54,581 bases of DNA from an uncultured Candidatus Saccharibacteria bacterium (GTDB taxonomy: Bacteria > Patescibacteriota > Minisyncoccia > JAHIHE01 > JAGLIN01): NCBI GenBank assembly GCA_964503935.1, contig CAZDCJ010000001.1, positions 1-54,581 on the forward strand, in the 5' to 3' direction. Under the pieces are notes generated by a model that saw nothing but the letters and a program-made list of their open reading frames with translations, made no database searches and was not told where the DNA came from. This document shows, one piece after another, positions 17,778 through 26,362 of this stretch. The translations under genes and the position numbers were made by a program. Position 1 is the stretch's first letter. The number at the start of each line of letters is the position of its first letter.

Positions 17778-19040
17778 TCAGTTGTCTGTCCCCGCACTCT
17801 TTCCCGCCAGATGCCCGGTACTCCAGGCTTCCTGAAGATTGTATCCGCCCGTGGGCGCATCGAGATCCAGTACTTCGCCTGCGAAATACAGATTGTCGAT
17901 GTTCTTCGACTTCATCGTCTTCGGATCTGTCTCGCGAAGGCTCACGCCGCCCGATGTGATGACCGCCTTGTCGAACCCTACCACCCCCCTCACATTCACT
18001 TCCATTTCTTTGAGAAGATGGACTAGCTTTTTCCTCTCCTCCTTCGTCACTAAGTTCACTTTCTTCTCCGCATCGATTCCCGAAAGACGGATGATTGCCG
18101 GAATGAGTTTCTGAGGCAGGAGCTCATCAAGGGCATTCTTGAACATCCGGTTCTGGTTCTCGATAAAGTCCTTCTGTACCCGAAGGTCTAGTTCCGCAAA
18201 TGTTAGCGCCGGCTTATAGTCGATAATGAGCTTCACCTTCCCACCAGAAAGAAGCTCGCCGATCTTCTTGCTCATGTCCAGCACTATCGGCCCGCTCATA
18301 CCATCGTCGGTAAAGATCGCCTCGCCGAATCTCTCGTCCTGCTTCTTGTTATCCCGGTAGACGCCAATACGCACGTTCTTGAGACTCAACCCCTCCAGCT
18401 CGCCAACCCATCTTTCTTCCAGCCTCACGGGCGTGAGCGCGGGCCTGGGCGCTGTGACTTTCTGCCCGACCTTTTCCGCCCACCGGAACCCATCGCCGCT
18501 TGAGCCGGAGTACGGATAAGAGAGCCCGCCCGTCGCGATGATAATATTCTTGAATCCTATCTCTGTCTTACTATCTTTGAGTTTGATTCCGATAATCTTC
18601 TTATCCCTCGTGACCAGATCGGAAACCTGGATATCTTTCATTATCCTGACCTTATTCTTCCGAAGTTCGTCAAACAAAACTCCCCGCACATCTTCCGCCT
18701 TATCGCTTACCGGGAATATCCGGCCGCCCCGTTCAGCTTTCGTCGGAAGTCTTCTGGAATTGAAGAAATTTATCGTCTCCTGGGGACCGAAATCGTTGAA
18801 AGCGGTATATAGGAATTTCCCATTCCGTCCAAAAGCTTCCAGAAACTTGCGCTTGTCCTTTTCCGCATTGGTGATATTGCATCTTCCTTTGCCGGTCATC
18901 ATCAGCTTGATTCCCAGCTCCGAATTACGCTCCAAAAGGACAGTTTTCGCGCCCTGCGCACTAGCGGCAATCGCTGCCATCATCCCCGCCGGCCCGCCGC
19001 CTATCACCAAAACATCGCATTCTAAGCCTTTTTCTGTCAT
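17778..19040 (-). CDS. HI0933/YhiN-family FAD-dependent oxidoreductase
   Basis: 420 aa with DVLVIGGGPAGMMAA, GKGRCNITN and a C-terminal GGYNLQ.AW.TG. Confidence 0.88.
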   Translation of the reverse strand: MTEKGLECDVLVIGGGPAGMMAAIAASAQGAKTVLLERNSELGIKLMMTGKGRCNITNAEKDKRKFLEAFGRNGKFLYTAFNDFGPQETINFFNSRRLPTKAERGGRIFPVSDKAEDVRGVLFDELRKNKVRIMKDIQVSDLVTRDKKIIGIKLKDSKTEIGFKNIIIATGGLSYPYSGSSGDGFRWAEKVGQKVTAPRPALTPVRLEERWVGELEGLSLKNVRIGVYRDNKKQDERFGEAIFTDDGMSGPIVLDMSKKIGELLSGGKVKLIIDYKPALTFAELDLRVQKDFIENQNRMFKNALDELLPQKLIPAIIRLSGIDAEKKVNLVTKEERKKLVHLLKEMEVNVRGVVGFDKAVITSGGVSLRETDPKTMKSKNIDNLYFAGEVLDLDAPTGGYNLQEAWSTGHLAGKSAGTDN

Positions 19041-19100
19041 TTTGCTCTTTAATCATTATGTTGTAAGTATAGCCTGTTTCCTCGGACACGCAATGGATGT

Positions 19101-19128
19101 TTGACAAATTTATCATTTATGATATTAT
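19101..19128 (+). promoter_or_regulatory. strong sigma70-like promoter
   Basis: TTGACA, 16-nt spacer, TATTAT, about 40 nt upstream of the ATG at 19168. Confidence 0.55.
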
Positions 19129-19167
19129 GAAAATCAAGCGCAAAATGCACTTTATAAAGAAGGGGGA

Positions 19168-20007
19168 ATGGTTCGATTCATAGCAGCAGACAATACAGAC
19201 AAGTTGATTCCTCTTATCACTCTCTATAAGGACTATATAAAGGCCGAAGATGATTTCCTTTCGCGATACAATGGTGATTTTTGGACCCATCTTCAGAAAG
19301 TTGATAGCGGGAAAAAGAACAAGGATCAACTCTATGAAAATGATCTAGATGTCATTTATCATTCCAAGGAATGCCAAGGTACCGTAGGATACCTTAGAGA
19401 GAAAACGAACATTATCAATTGTCTATTTTCTGAAGAATTAAGGCCTAAATTCTCCGAGGATCTCGGTGTTCACGTCACCGAAGAACTAAAAATCCAAAGG
19501 AACAAATGGCTCTTGAGTATTCTTTCTATCCTGGAAGCAGAAAATAACAAATTTTTCCTGGATATGATAATGACCAATATGTCCGGGATGACTTATGAAG
19601 AATTTAAAGCTATCTACACCAAGATAGTAGAGAAAGAGCGTAGTCTGGCAAAAAAAGTAGAGATAAGTGGAAAGAACGATCCGCGGATTACCAACTTGCA
19701 AAGATTGAGGGCATCAATGGTAAAAAGGATCATTGAAAAAGGTGCTGATGACGATAATTATAGACTAAAAATATCTTTCTGCTTAAGGGTAGAGACTTGT
19801 CTTACGGTCACAGCAAAGATATTAGAGAGGATAGCGAGATCGAAAAAAAAGTATGGTTTCGCGATTCCCAGGGAGAGTCTTATAATAATAGAAAGTCTAG
19901 AGAAGAACTATAAAGCTTTCGGGCTTACTAAAGATTCTAGACTGGTAAAGCTAACCCAACTATTATTATACGGAACGCATAAAAATAATACCCATAAAAA
20001 CGCCTAA
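19168..20007 (+). CDS. hypothetical protein (AT-rich orphan)
   Basis: 279-aa ORF rich in Lys, Glu, Ile and Asn, in visibly AT-rich DNA. It has its own promoter and a shared terminator. I recognised no motif. Confidence 0.6.
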   Translation: MVRFIAADNTDKLIPLITLYKDYIKAEDDFLSRYNGDFWTHLQKVDSGKKNKDQLYENDLDVIYHSKECQGTVGYLREKTNIINCLFSEELRPKFSEDLGVHVTEELKIQRNKWLLSILSILEAENNKFFLDMIMTNMSGMTYEEFKAIYTKIVEKERSLAKKVEISGKNDPRITNLQRLRASMVKRIIEKGADDDNYRLKISFCLRVETCLTVTAKILERIARSKKKYGFAIPRESLIIIESLEKNYKAFGLTKDSRLVKLTQLLLYGTHKNNTHKNA

Positions 20008-20032
20008 AAAACGTTTTCTTTTTTTATATCAA

Positions 20033-20066
20033 AAAACACGCCGGCGGCGGACCGCTAGCGTGTTTT
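20033..20066. terminator. bidirectional hairpin terminator between convergent genes
   Basis: AAAACACGC-(16 nt with inner GCGG/CCGC pairing)-GCGTGTTTT, with an A-run on one side and a T-run on the other. Confidence 0.5.
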
Positions 20067-20084
20067 CATATCATACAATATTGA

Positions 20085-21884
20085 TCATTCCTCGGATACT
20101 TCCCTCTTGGCGCGGGTGCGGTCGAGCTCGGTCAGGAATTTCTTGCGAAGCCTGACGCTCTTGGGAGTGACTTCCATGAATTCGTCATCCTTCATGATCT
20201 CGAGTCCTCTCTCTAGCGTCACCTGAATTGCCGGAGTCAGCTTGATAGCATCGTCCGAGCCGCTGGCGCGCATGTTGGTGAGGTGCTTGCCCTTGATAGC
20301 GTTCACACCCATGTCGTTTCCCTTGGCGGTATTACCGATCACCATGCCTTCATAGACCTCCGTATTGGCATCGATATAGAGTGTGCCCCGATCCTGCAGA
20401 TTGAAGAGCGCATAAGCGAGCGCCTTGCCGGTCATAATAGAGACCATCGAGCCGACGTCATGCTTCTCGATCTCGCCCACGTGCGATTTGAAGCCGATGA
20501 CCTGCGTGCAGAGAATGCCTTCGCCTTTGGTGTCGATGATGAATTCGCCCCGGTATCCTAGGAGTCCGCGTGTCGGAATCTCGAAGATGAGCCGGACATT
20601 ATTTCCATCCTGCTTCATGTTGGTCATGACTCCTTTACGTTTGGACAATTTCTCGATCACCGTGCCTGACGATTCGCTAGGCACATCCACCGTGACCTCC
20701 TCGAAAGGTTCCAGCTTCTGGCCGTTCTCTTCCTTGATAATCACATGCGGCTGGGAGACCTGCAGCTCAAAACCCTCGCGGCGCATATTCTCGAGCAATA
20801 TCGCGACATGGAGTTCGCCCCGTCCAAAGACCTTGAACTGGTCGTTCTGTGAGAAATCCACCCGGAGACCCACGTTGATTTCCAATTCTTTTTCGAGCCG
20901 CTCGCGGATCTGGCGGATGGTCACATACTTGCCCTCGCGGCCTGCGAAAGGCGAATCGTTCACGAGAAAATTCAGAGAGATAGTCGGCTCATCTACGTTG
21001 ATAGCCGGCAAACTCTCCTGCTCCTCGCTCTTGCAGATAGTATCGCCGATATAGACATCACCCAGCCCCGCAAGCATCACGATATCCCCGGTCGTAGCCT
21101 CAAGTACTTCCTTGCGGTTCATGCCCTCGAAAGTGAAGAGTTTGATGATCTTTCCCTTCTGGATTTCGCCGGAGACTTTCTTGATGATGACTTCTTCCCC
21201 GCACCTTACCTTCCCCTCATAGATCCGAGCGATTGCGAGGCGCCCGACGAAATTATCATAAGCGAGATTGAAAGGCTGCAGCCGAAGCGGCAATCCTTCT
21301 TTTTTTACGGATGAAGCCGCCGGCACCTGCTCCAAGATCACGTCGAGAAGCGGATTGAGATCCTTCGACTCATCCCCTATCTTGCGCTTGGCAACGCCTT
21401 CGCGGCCGATGGCGTACAGCACTGTAAAATCGAGCTGCTCTTCGCTAGCCCCGAGGTCCATGAAAAGCTCCAACACCATCTCTTCGACTTCCTTCGGCCT
21501 TGCTGCCGGCTTGTCAATCTTATTGAGGACGACGATAGGCTTGAGTCCCAGTTCGAGAGACTTCTTGAGGACGAATTTGGTCTGCGGCATCGGACCTTCC
21601 TGAGCGTCCACCAAGAGGACCACCGAATCGATCGAACGGAGCACACGCTCCACTTCGCTTCCAAAATCGGAGTGCCCCGGCGTGTCCACGATGTTGATCT
21701 TGGTATCTTTATAGAAAACCGAGGTATTCTTGGAATAAATAGTAATCCCGCGCTCCTGCTCCAGAGCGTTGCTGTCCATGCTGACGTTATCGTCCGCCAT
21801 TCCAGTCTGTCTCATCAGCGCGTCTGTAAGCGTAGTCTTCCCGTGGTCTACGTGCGCGATGATCGCGATGTTTCGAATTTCCAT
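20085..21884 (-). CDS. typA: translational GTPase TypA/BipA
   Basis: 599 aa with IRNIAIIAHVDHGKTTL, DTPGHSDF and NKIDK. The length and C-terminal region are typical of BipA. Confidence 0.96.
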   Translation of the reverse strand: MEIRNIAIIAHVDHGKTTLTDALMRQTGMADDNVSMDSNALEQERGITIYSKNTSVFYKDTKINIVDTPGHSDFGSEVERVLRSIDSVVLLVDAQEGPMPQTKFVLKKSLELGLKPIVVLNKIDKPAARPKEVEEMVLELFMDLGASEEQLDFTVLYAIGREGVAKRKIGDESKDLNPLLDVILEQVPAASSVKKEGLPLRLQPFNLAYDNFVGRLAIARIYEGKVRCGEEVIIKKVSGEIQKGKIIKLFTFEGMNRKEVLEATTGDIVMLAGLGDVYIGDTICKSEEQESLPAINVDEPTISLNFLVNDSPFAGREGKYVTIRQIRERLEKELEINVGLRVDFSQNDQFKVFGRGELHVAILLENMRREGFELQVSQPHVIIKEENGQKLEPFEEVTVDVPSESSGTVIEKLSKRKGVMTNMKQDGNNVRLIFEIPTRGLLGYRGEFIIDTKGEGILCTQVIGFKSHVGEIEKHDVGSMVSIMTGKALAYALFNLQDRGTLYIDANTEVYEGMVIGNTAKGNDMGVNAIKGKHLTNMRASGSDDAIKLTPAIQVTLERGLEIMKDDEFMEVTPKSVRLRKKFLTELDRTRAKREVSEE

Positions 21885-21983
21885 ATATGTATGAATTTAA
21901 CCTAAAAAAATCAGCCCAGTTTTCACTGACGACTTATTCTGGCATATTTTTTCTCCAGTGTCAATAGACTCAAAAAGAAACGA

Positions 21984-22012
21984 TTGACTTTTTCCTCTTG
22001 TTATGATATCCT
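21984..22012 (+). promoter_or_regulatory. sigma70-like promoter
   Basis: TTGACT, 17-nt spacer, TATCCT. Confidence 0.4.
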
Positions 22013-22034
22013 AATATGCAACAGGTGATTGAAC

Positions 22035-22265
22035 ATGAGCGAAAATACGACCATCTGCATCTTAAAGGAAGCGGAAGAGGAGCTTGAGCTAGCACAAGAT
22101 TGCAATATCCTGCTGACAATTATATTGGAAAGAAGACGATCCTGGAACCGGAAAAGAGCCCATAGGCCGAATTCGGGACCTTATTCCAAGAAAAACCCCT
22201 GCAAGTGCATGAATTGCGGGCAATTCCTGACGAAAAAAAATTCTGCCGAGGAGTGTCCGGCATGA
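22035..22265 (+). CDS. hypothetical small protein
   Basis: 76 aa counted from the ATG preceded by AGGTGA. The C-terminal part carries CKCMNCG...EECP. A strong terminator follows. Confidence 0.45.
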   Translation: MSENTTICILKEAEEELELAQDCNILLTIILERRRSWNRKRAHRPNSGPYSKKNPCKCMNCGQFLTKKNSAEECPA

Positions 22266-22266
22266 G

Positions 22267-22297
22267 AGGTCTGATATCCGTATCAGGCCTTATTTTT
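22267..22297. terminator. rho-independent terminator between convergent small genes
   Basis: AGGTCTGATA-TCCG-TATCAGGCCT, a 10-bp stem with one G-T pair, followed by TATTTTTA. Confidence 0.6.
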
Positions 22298-22301
22298 ATG
22301 C

Positions 22302-22538
22302 CTAATCCCAAAAGCTCCGGTACCACGGGTCGCACATATGGCCGTAAAGCGTCTGATTCTTCACATAGGCAATGAAATACGGCCTGTCTTTGCACAAGCT
22401 CCCGCACTGCCCTACCGGCCTAGTCGCGCAGTAATATTCCCAGACATAGAGACCCGACAATACCAATATCGCGACAATTATGAATTTCTTCGTCTTCGCC
22501 GAGGTAAGGATGGAGACGATTTTTGAGGTTATTTTCAT
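22302..22538 (-). CDS. hypothetical small membrane-anchored Cys-containing protein
   Basis: 78 aa with an N-terminal TM segment (FIIVAILVLSGLYVW) and four Cys in the ectodomain. Confidence 0.4.
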   Translation of the reverse strand: MKITSKIVSILTSAKTKKFIIVAILVLSGLYVWEYYCATRPVGQCGSLCKDRPYFIAYVKNQTLYGHMCDPWYRSFWD

Positions 22539-22606
22539 AAAGAGTCTTTATAAGATAAAAAGACGCATTCTTCCACAAGATCCGGCTGTCTTCATATTAT
22601 ATCCCG

Positions 22607-22691
22607 AAATGCCCGGAGTGTCATCTGAAATTACTGAATAGCAGATTTCGTTTTGCAAAATGCGGGAACGGTTCTCTGAACCGTTCCTTTT
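22607..22691 (+). ncRNA. candidate small RNA bounded by a promoter-like site and an orphan terminator
   Basis: TTCCAC, 18 nt, TATTAT at 22571..22600. Then GGAACGGTTC-TCT-GAACCGTTCC plus TTTT at 22665..22691. No plus-strand ORF lies between them. Confidence 0.2.
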
Positions 22692-22741
22692 CGACCCTAC
22701 TCCGAAGAAGCGAATAAGGATATGAAGAAATAAAACTTCGA

Positions 22742-22804
22742 GGAGCAGATCTTAAGATCATGCTCCCGCTCCAAAAATGCGCGCGGACTGAAGTCCGCTA
22801 CTCC
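22742..22804 (+). repeat. hairpin + ATGCGCGCGGACTGAAGTCCGCTACTCC module, copy 1
   Basis: GGAGCAG..hairpin..GCTCC, then the 34-mer AAATGCGCGCGGACTGAAGTCCGCTACTCCAAAA, which is identical to the one in 25820..25879. Confidence 0.75.
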
Positions 22805-22987
22805 AAAACACATAACCGACCTACTATCTGTCATTGCGAGGAGCGAGCGTAAGCGGACGACGCGGCAATCCCGCCTGCACCAAGACTCCAGCGAGGCAAG
22901 TCCCTCTCCAGAGGGAAATTAACTCGATATATATCATTCCGGGCTTGAACCGGAATCTATCATCTGTTTCGCATTAACACTCTATCG

Positions 22988-23092
22988 TGTCATGCTGAAC
23001 TCGTTTCAGCATCTCCGTAATACAAGGCCTAAACCGCATATTTAGAATTGAACGCTACATATCGAAGATCCTAAAACAAGTTCAGGATGACA
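22988..23092 (-). repeat. double-hairpin MITE-like element type A, inverted copy
   Basis: TGTCATGCTGAACTCGTTTCAGCATC ... GATCCTAAAACAAGTTCAGGATGACA. Confidence 0.75.
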
Positions 23093-23139
23093 AATCAAAC
23101 AGTATCGCCCCAAAAAAGTAGGCAGTCTAAGATAAAATA

Positions 23140-23843
23140 TCAAAAACCTTTAATTATCTTAACTAAAACACTCTCCAGTTTATAGTAATCTTCATAATAA
23201 TCGATAAACGCGTCATATTCGTGTTCGTTATCTCCGTGAATCCTAATTTCAAGAAAAGAATTAGTGCCTAGTAAGGTCCACAAGTTCGGTTCAAAATAAT
23301 GTCTATACCCGTTAGGATTAAAATTATGATCGAAAAACTTATTTCTTGTCTCCGAAAATTTCTTTACGAATCTCTTTTCCTCTTCACTAAGACCCGACAC
23401 CAATTTCAATTCTTTCATTAGATCCACACACTTTTTACCATGATTGTAAAGATTGCACACACTAACACTAGAAAATTTAATCTCGAATAAATGCTCAGTA
23501 ATTGACTTCACTTTATTATATCTTAGCTGTTCAAAGCTATAATAGAACACTTTGAAATCATCATAAAAAACCTATAAAATTGCCTTTCTTTATTCCAGTG
23601 CTCACCGAAGGATTTAAATTTCCCTTGCCAGAACTCTTCAAGATCACTCAAGTTTTCCTGTACTCCTTGGTTTCGTTGAAATCTGCTAATAGCATATTCA
23701 TCACCATACAGAATTTGATCTTCGTTTCCTGACTGATGGCGAACTAATTTAGTTATAGTAGTCTCTTCTATCAAGTCTTCAATCTTTTTTAGATTTCGTA
23801 TTTTTTGGATTATCATTTGGTACTCTCCTATTCTTACATTCAT
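23140..23843 (-). pseudogene. AT-rich orphan gene split by a frameshift in a T6 homopolymer; C-terminal half has an Rx5H (HEPN-like) motif
   Basis: ORFs 23523..23843 and 23140..23550 overlap by 28 nt in adjacent frames. The downstream frame is open back to 23571, immediately upstream of the run (plus-strand A6 at 23565..23570). One extra T would give a single product of about 234 aa (...ERQFYRFFYDDFKVFYYSFEQL...). The motif is ETRNKFFDHN. Confidence 0.45.
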
Positions 23844-23858
23844 AATATTAGGTATAAC

Positions 23859-24782
23859 CTACGACAGAATCCCCTTGATAATCAAGTCCTCGGCCTGGGT
23901 CTTCGTGAGTCCGCGGGCCATCAGGGTCTCAAGCTGGCGGTTGTCCACCCCGCCCAGGTTCGCCTCGTGCGTTACGCGCGCCAGGGGGTGCAGTACCTCG
24001 ACTTCCGGATATGCCTTCACCTTGCCGTTTCCCTGCAGAATTTCCGTGCAATCCACATGCCCGAAAGCGCCCGCAGCTTTGGCGATGATCTTGTTATAAA
24101 CCTCGGCTCTGGTCTCGTCCCGCGCCGCGATGCGGGACCTGAGGACCGCCTTGGCATTCTCCCCGGAAAGGGTCGCCGTCTCTCGCACATTGATGATGTC
24201 GCACCCGCGTCCGCTGATCTTGGAGATAAAGTCGCTCGAGCTGTCCGCCTCGCAGTGTAAGTCATAGTCGATGTCAATCAGTCCTACCCTCCCCCCGATA
24301 AGCTCAAAGTCGCTGAGGAAACGCGCCCCTTTGCCAATCTTCACGATTGCATGCGGATAGACTTTGCTGGTTCCCTCCTTGCTGTGGATGTGCTTCTCGA
24401 AATAGCGAAAAATCGAGCCTTCCCTTAGGACGATTTTCCCCTGCATAAGATGCTTGCTGGGATCCTTCTTGGGAAAGATGCAGTGGCTGAAGACGTTCAT
24501 CACCGCGCCCTTTTCCATCACGATATTCATATTGATCTTCTGCACCTTGCTCTTGTGCAGTATCCCGAAGCAGAAATGCACTGGCTTTCGCACGACTACT
24601 CCCGGCAGCACCCGCACGCTTACGTCCACGCCGCCTTTCTGTTCTTTGAGCTTCAGCTCTACGCCTTCTACGCCGCTCGACGACAGGACCTTATTGCTGT
24701 CGATGAAAAGGCTGGCAGTCTCGGGATCCCCCAAGACGCCTTCCAGCTTCGCCATCTTGATAAGTTCGTTGGTTTCTTTCAT
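23859..24782 (-). CDS. short SufB/SufD-family Fe-S cluster assembly scaffold protein
   Basis: 307 aa. The C-terminal part, GHVDCTEIL.G.....A.PE.EV.HP.A.V.HEA..G.VD..QLETLM.RGL....A..LI..G, is typical of the SufBD fold. The start overlaps the sufC stop by 4 nt. Confidence 0.82.
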   Translation of the reverse strand: MKETNELIKMAKLEGVLGDPETASLFIDSNKVLSSSGVEGVELKLKEQKGGVDVSVRVLPGVVVRKPVHFCFGILHKSKVQKINMNIVMEKGAVMNVFSHCIFPKKDPSKHLMQGKIVLREGSIFRYFEKHIHSKEGTSKVYPHAIVKIGKGARFLSDFELIGGRVGLIDIDYDLHCEADSSSDFISKISGRGCDIINVRETATLSGENAKAVLRSRIAARDETRAEVYNKIIAKAAGAFGHVDCTEILQGNGKVKAYPEVEVLHPLARVTHEANLGGVDNRQLETLMARGLTKTQAEDLIIKGILS

Positions 24783-25510
24783 CTTATCCTCCTTTCTTCG
24801 GGATTATTCTTATGCGGACACGTAAGGCAGCGTTTGCGGAAATATTCCGCCACATCCTCGCCTTTGCTTTCGTCTATGAGCTTGCCATCGCAAATAAGGA
24901 ACGCGCGGTCGGCTTTTTTCAGGACCCGCATATTATGAGTAATGACCACGATGGTCGAACCGATGCTTTCCAGATAGTCCATCGCGTCGAAGACCTTCAC
25001 GATCGCCTCCATATCCACGCCCGAATCGGGCTCGTCGAGGATGGCCAGCTTCGGCCTCATGGCGATGACGGACGCAAGCTCAATACGCTTCCTTTCTCCG
25101 CCGGAAAGAGATTTATCTACCGCACGATAAAGATACCTCTCGGCGCTTAGTCCCACTTTTTCCAGCGCCCCGACGATCTCTCCGCCGCTTTTGCCGGAGG
25201 AAGCCAAGAGAAAATCCTCTACCTTGAGCCCCTGGAAACGCGCCGGCTCCTGCCACGTGATCGTAAGGCCGAGTTTCGCCCGCTGTGGCACAGAAAGCTT
25301 CTTTATCGATTTGCCATCGAAGACGATATCTCCGCTAATGTCCCGGTAGCCCTCGAGCCCCATCAGGGCATAAGCCAGGGTAGATTTTCCCGCCCCGTTC
25401 GGACCGACGAGTGCATAGGTCTTGCCCGCCTCAAGTTTCAGAGAAATGCCGTCCAAGAGCTTTCTTCCCGCCCTCTCCAGAGTAACGTTATTTATCGAAA
25501 GTATAGCCAT
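24779..25510 (-). CDS. sufC: Fe-S cluster assembly ATPase SufC
   Basis: Walker A GPNGAGKST, ABC signature LSGGERKR, Walker B ILDEPDSG. The unusual C-terminal tail is RKRCLTCPHKNNPEERRIR. Confidence 0.92.
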   Translation of the reverse strand: MAILSINNVTLERAGRKLLDGISLKLEAGKTYALVGPNGAGKSTLAYALMGLEGYRDISGDIVFDGKSIKKLSVPQRAKLGLTITWQEPARFQGLKVEDFLLASSGKSGGEIVGALEKVGLSAERYLYRAVDKSLSGGERKRIELASVIAMRPKLAILDEPDSGVDMEAIVKVFDAMDYLESIGSTIVVITHNMRVLKKADRAFLICDGKLIDESKGEDVAEYFRKRCLTCPHKNNPEERRIR

Positions 25511-25819
25511 TTTTTAAGTTTAACTGATATAAGTAAATCTTAGCTTGGCAGAGCCGAAAAGTCAAAAAGCATGTAATTGGCCCTGGAATCTCAAAATTAA
25601 CAATCGCTGTCATTCTGAACGAAGCTATGCGAAGTGAAGAATCCCGAACCTACGCGGGGTATATCGGGATCCCACCCTCTGGATGGCCTAGTGATTTGCC
25701 CATGGCTCAGGATGGGAGATAAGGAAAGTCTTCCCAAAATAGAAAATTTTCTTCCGGTAATATTTCGATAAATTAATATTTAGAACAAAAATACCGGCAT
25801 AAGGAGAATCAAGCCAAAG

Positions 25820-25879
25820 GGAGCAGGTTTAAACCTGCTCCCGATTCATAAATGCGCGCGGACTGAAGTCCGCTACTCC
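25820..25879 (+). repeat. hairpin + ATGCGCGCGGACTGAAGTCCGCTACTCC module, copy 2
   Basis: GGAGCAGGTTTAAACCTGCTCC followed by the same 34-mer as at 22742..22804. Confidence 0.75.
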
Positions 25880-25896
25880 AAAATGCATAAGATTTC

Positions 25897-26358
25897 TCAT
25901 TCTTTATTCTTCACTCCTTCCGCGAACATCCGCGCCAGCTCCAGTTCCTCCGCGTCTGGGTGATGCTTGTTGATGCCGCCGAACCACTTGAGCGGACCGA
26001 AAGTCGCCTGGCCGAGACATGAGAAATTCCCGACTACGTCATAATCCTTGGCACGAAGCTTATCCGCCAGAGCCTTGTGATTCTTCTCTATATGCTTGAG
26101 TCCGGTCCAGCTGCTCGAAAAGATGAAAACCTTCTTGCGGCTGCCGAAAGGCAATTTATCGGCTAGACCGAGGAGAGAATCGCCATGCTTGCCCATATAG
26201 ATGCCGGAACCGAAACCGACCAGGTCATACTCGCCCAGATCGCCCGCCTCTACCCTGGCAGATTCTACGATGTCCGCTTCCAGCTCTTTTGCCATGACCT
26301 CTGCTATTTTCTTAGTGTTCCCATTATGCTCGGAATCGCAGATGATAAGTGTCTTCAT
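25897..26358 (-). CDS. flavodoxin-fold protein
   Basis: 153 aa. The N-terminus MKTLIICDSEHNGNTKKIAEVMA resembles the flavodoxin phosphate-binding loop. Also contains GFGSGIY. Confidence 0.65.
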   Translation of the reverse strand: MKTLIICDSEHNGNTKKIAEVMAKELEADIVESARVEAGDLGEYDLVGFGSGIYMGKHGDSLLGLADKLPFGSRKKVFIFSSSWTGLKHIEKNHKALADKLRAKDYDVVGNFSCLGQATFGPLKWFGGINKHHPDAEELELARMFAEGVKNKE

Positions 26359-26362
26359 AATA

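Noticed and set aside
23523-23571. Interpreting the T6 overlap as programmed -1 ribosomal frameshifting.
   Set aside because: The heptamer is G_TTT_TTT rather than a canonical X_XXY_YYZ, and I saw no obvious downstream pseudoknot or hairpin. A 1-nt indel is at least as likely, whether a genuine pseudogene, phase variation or a homopolymer sequencing error. I kept it only as an alternative in the finding.
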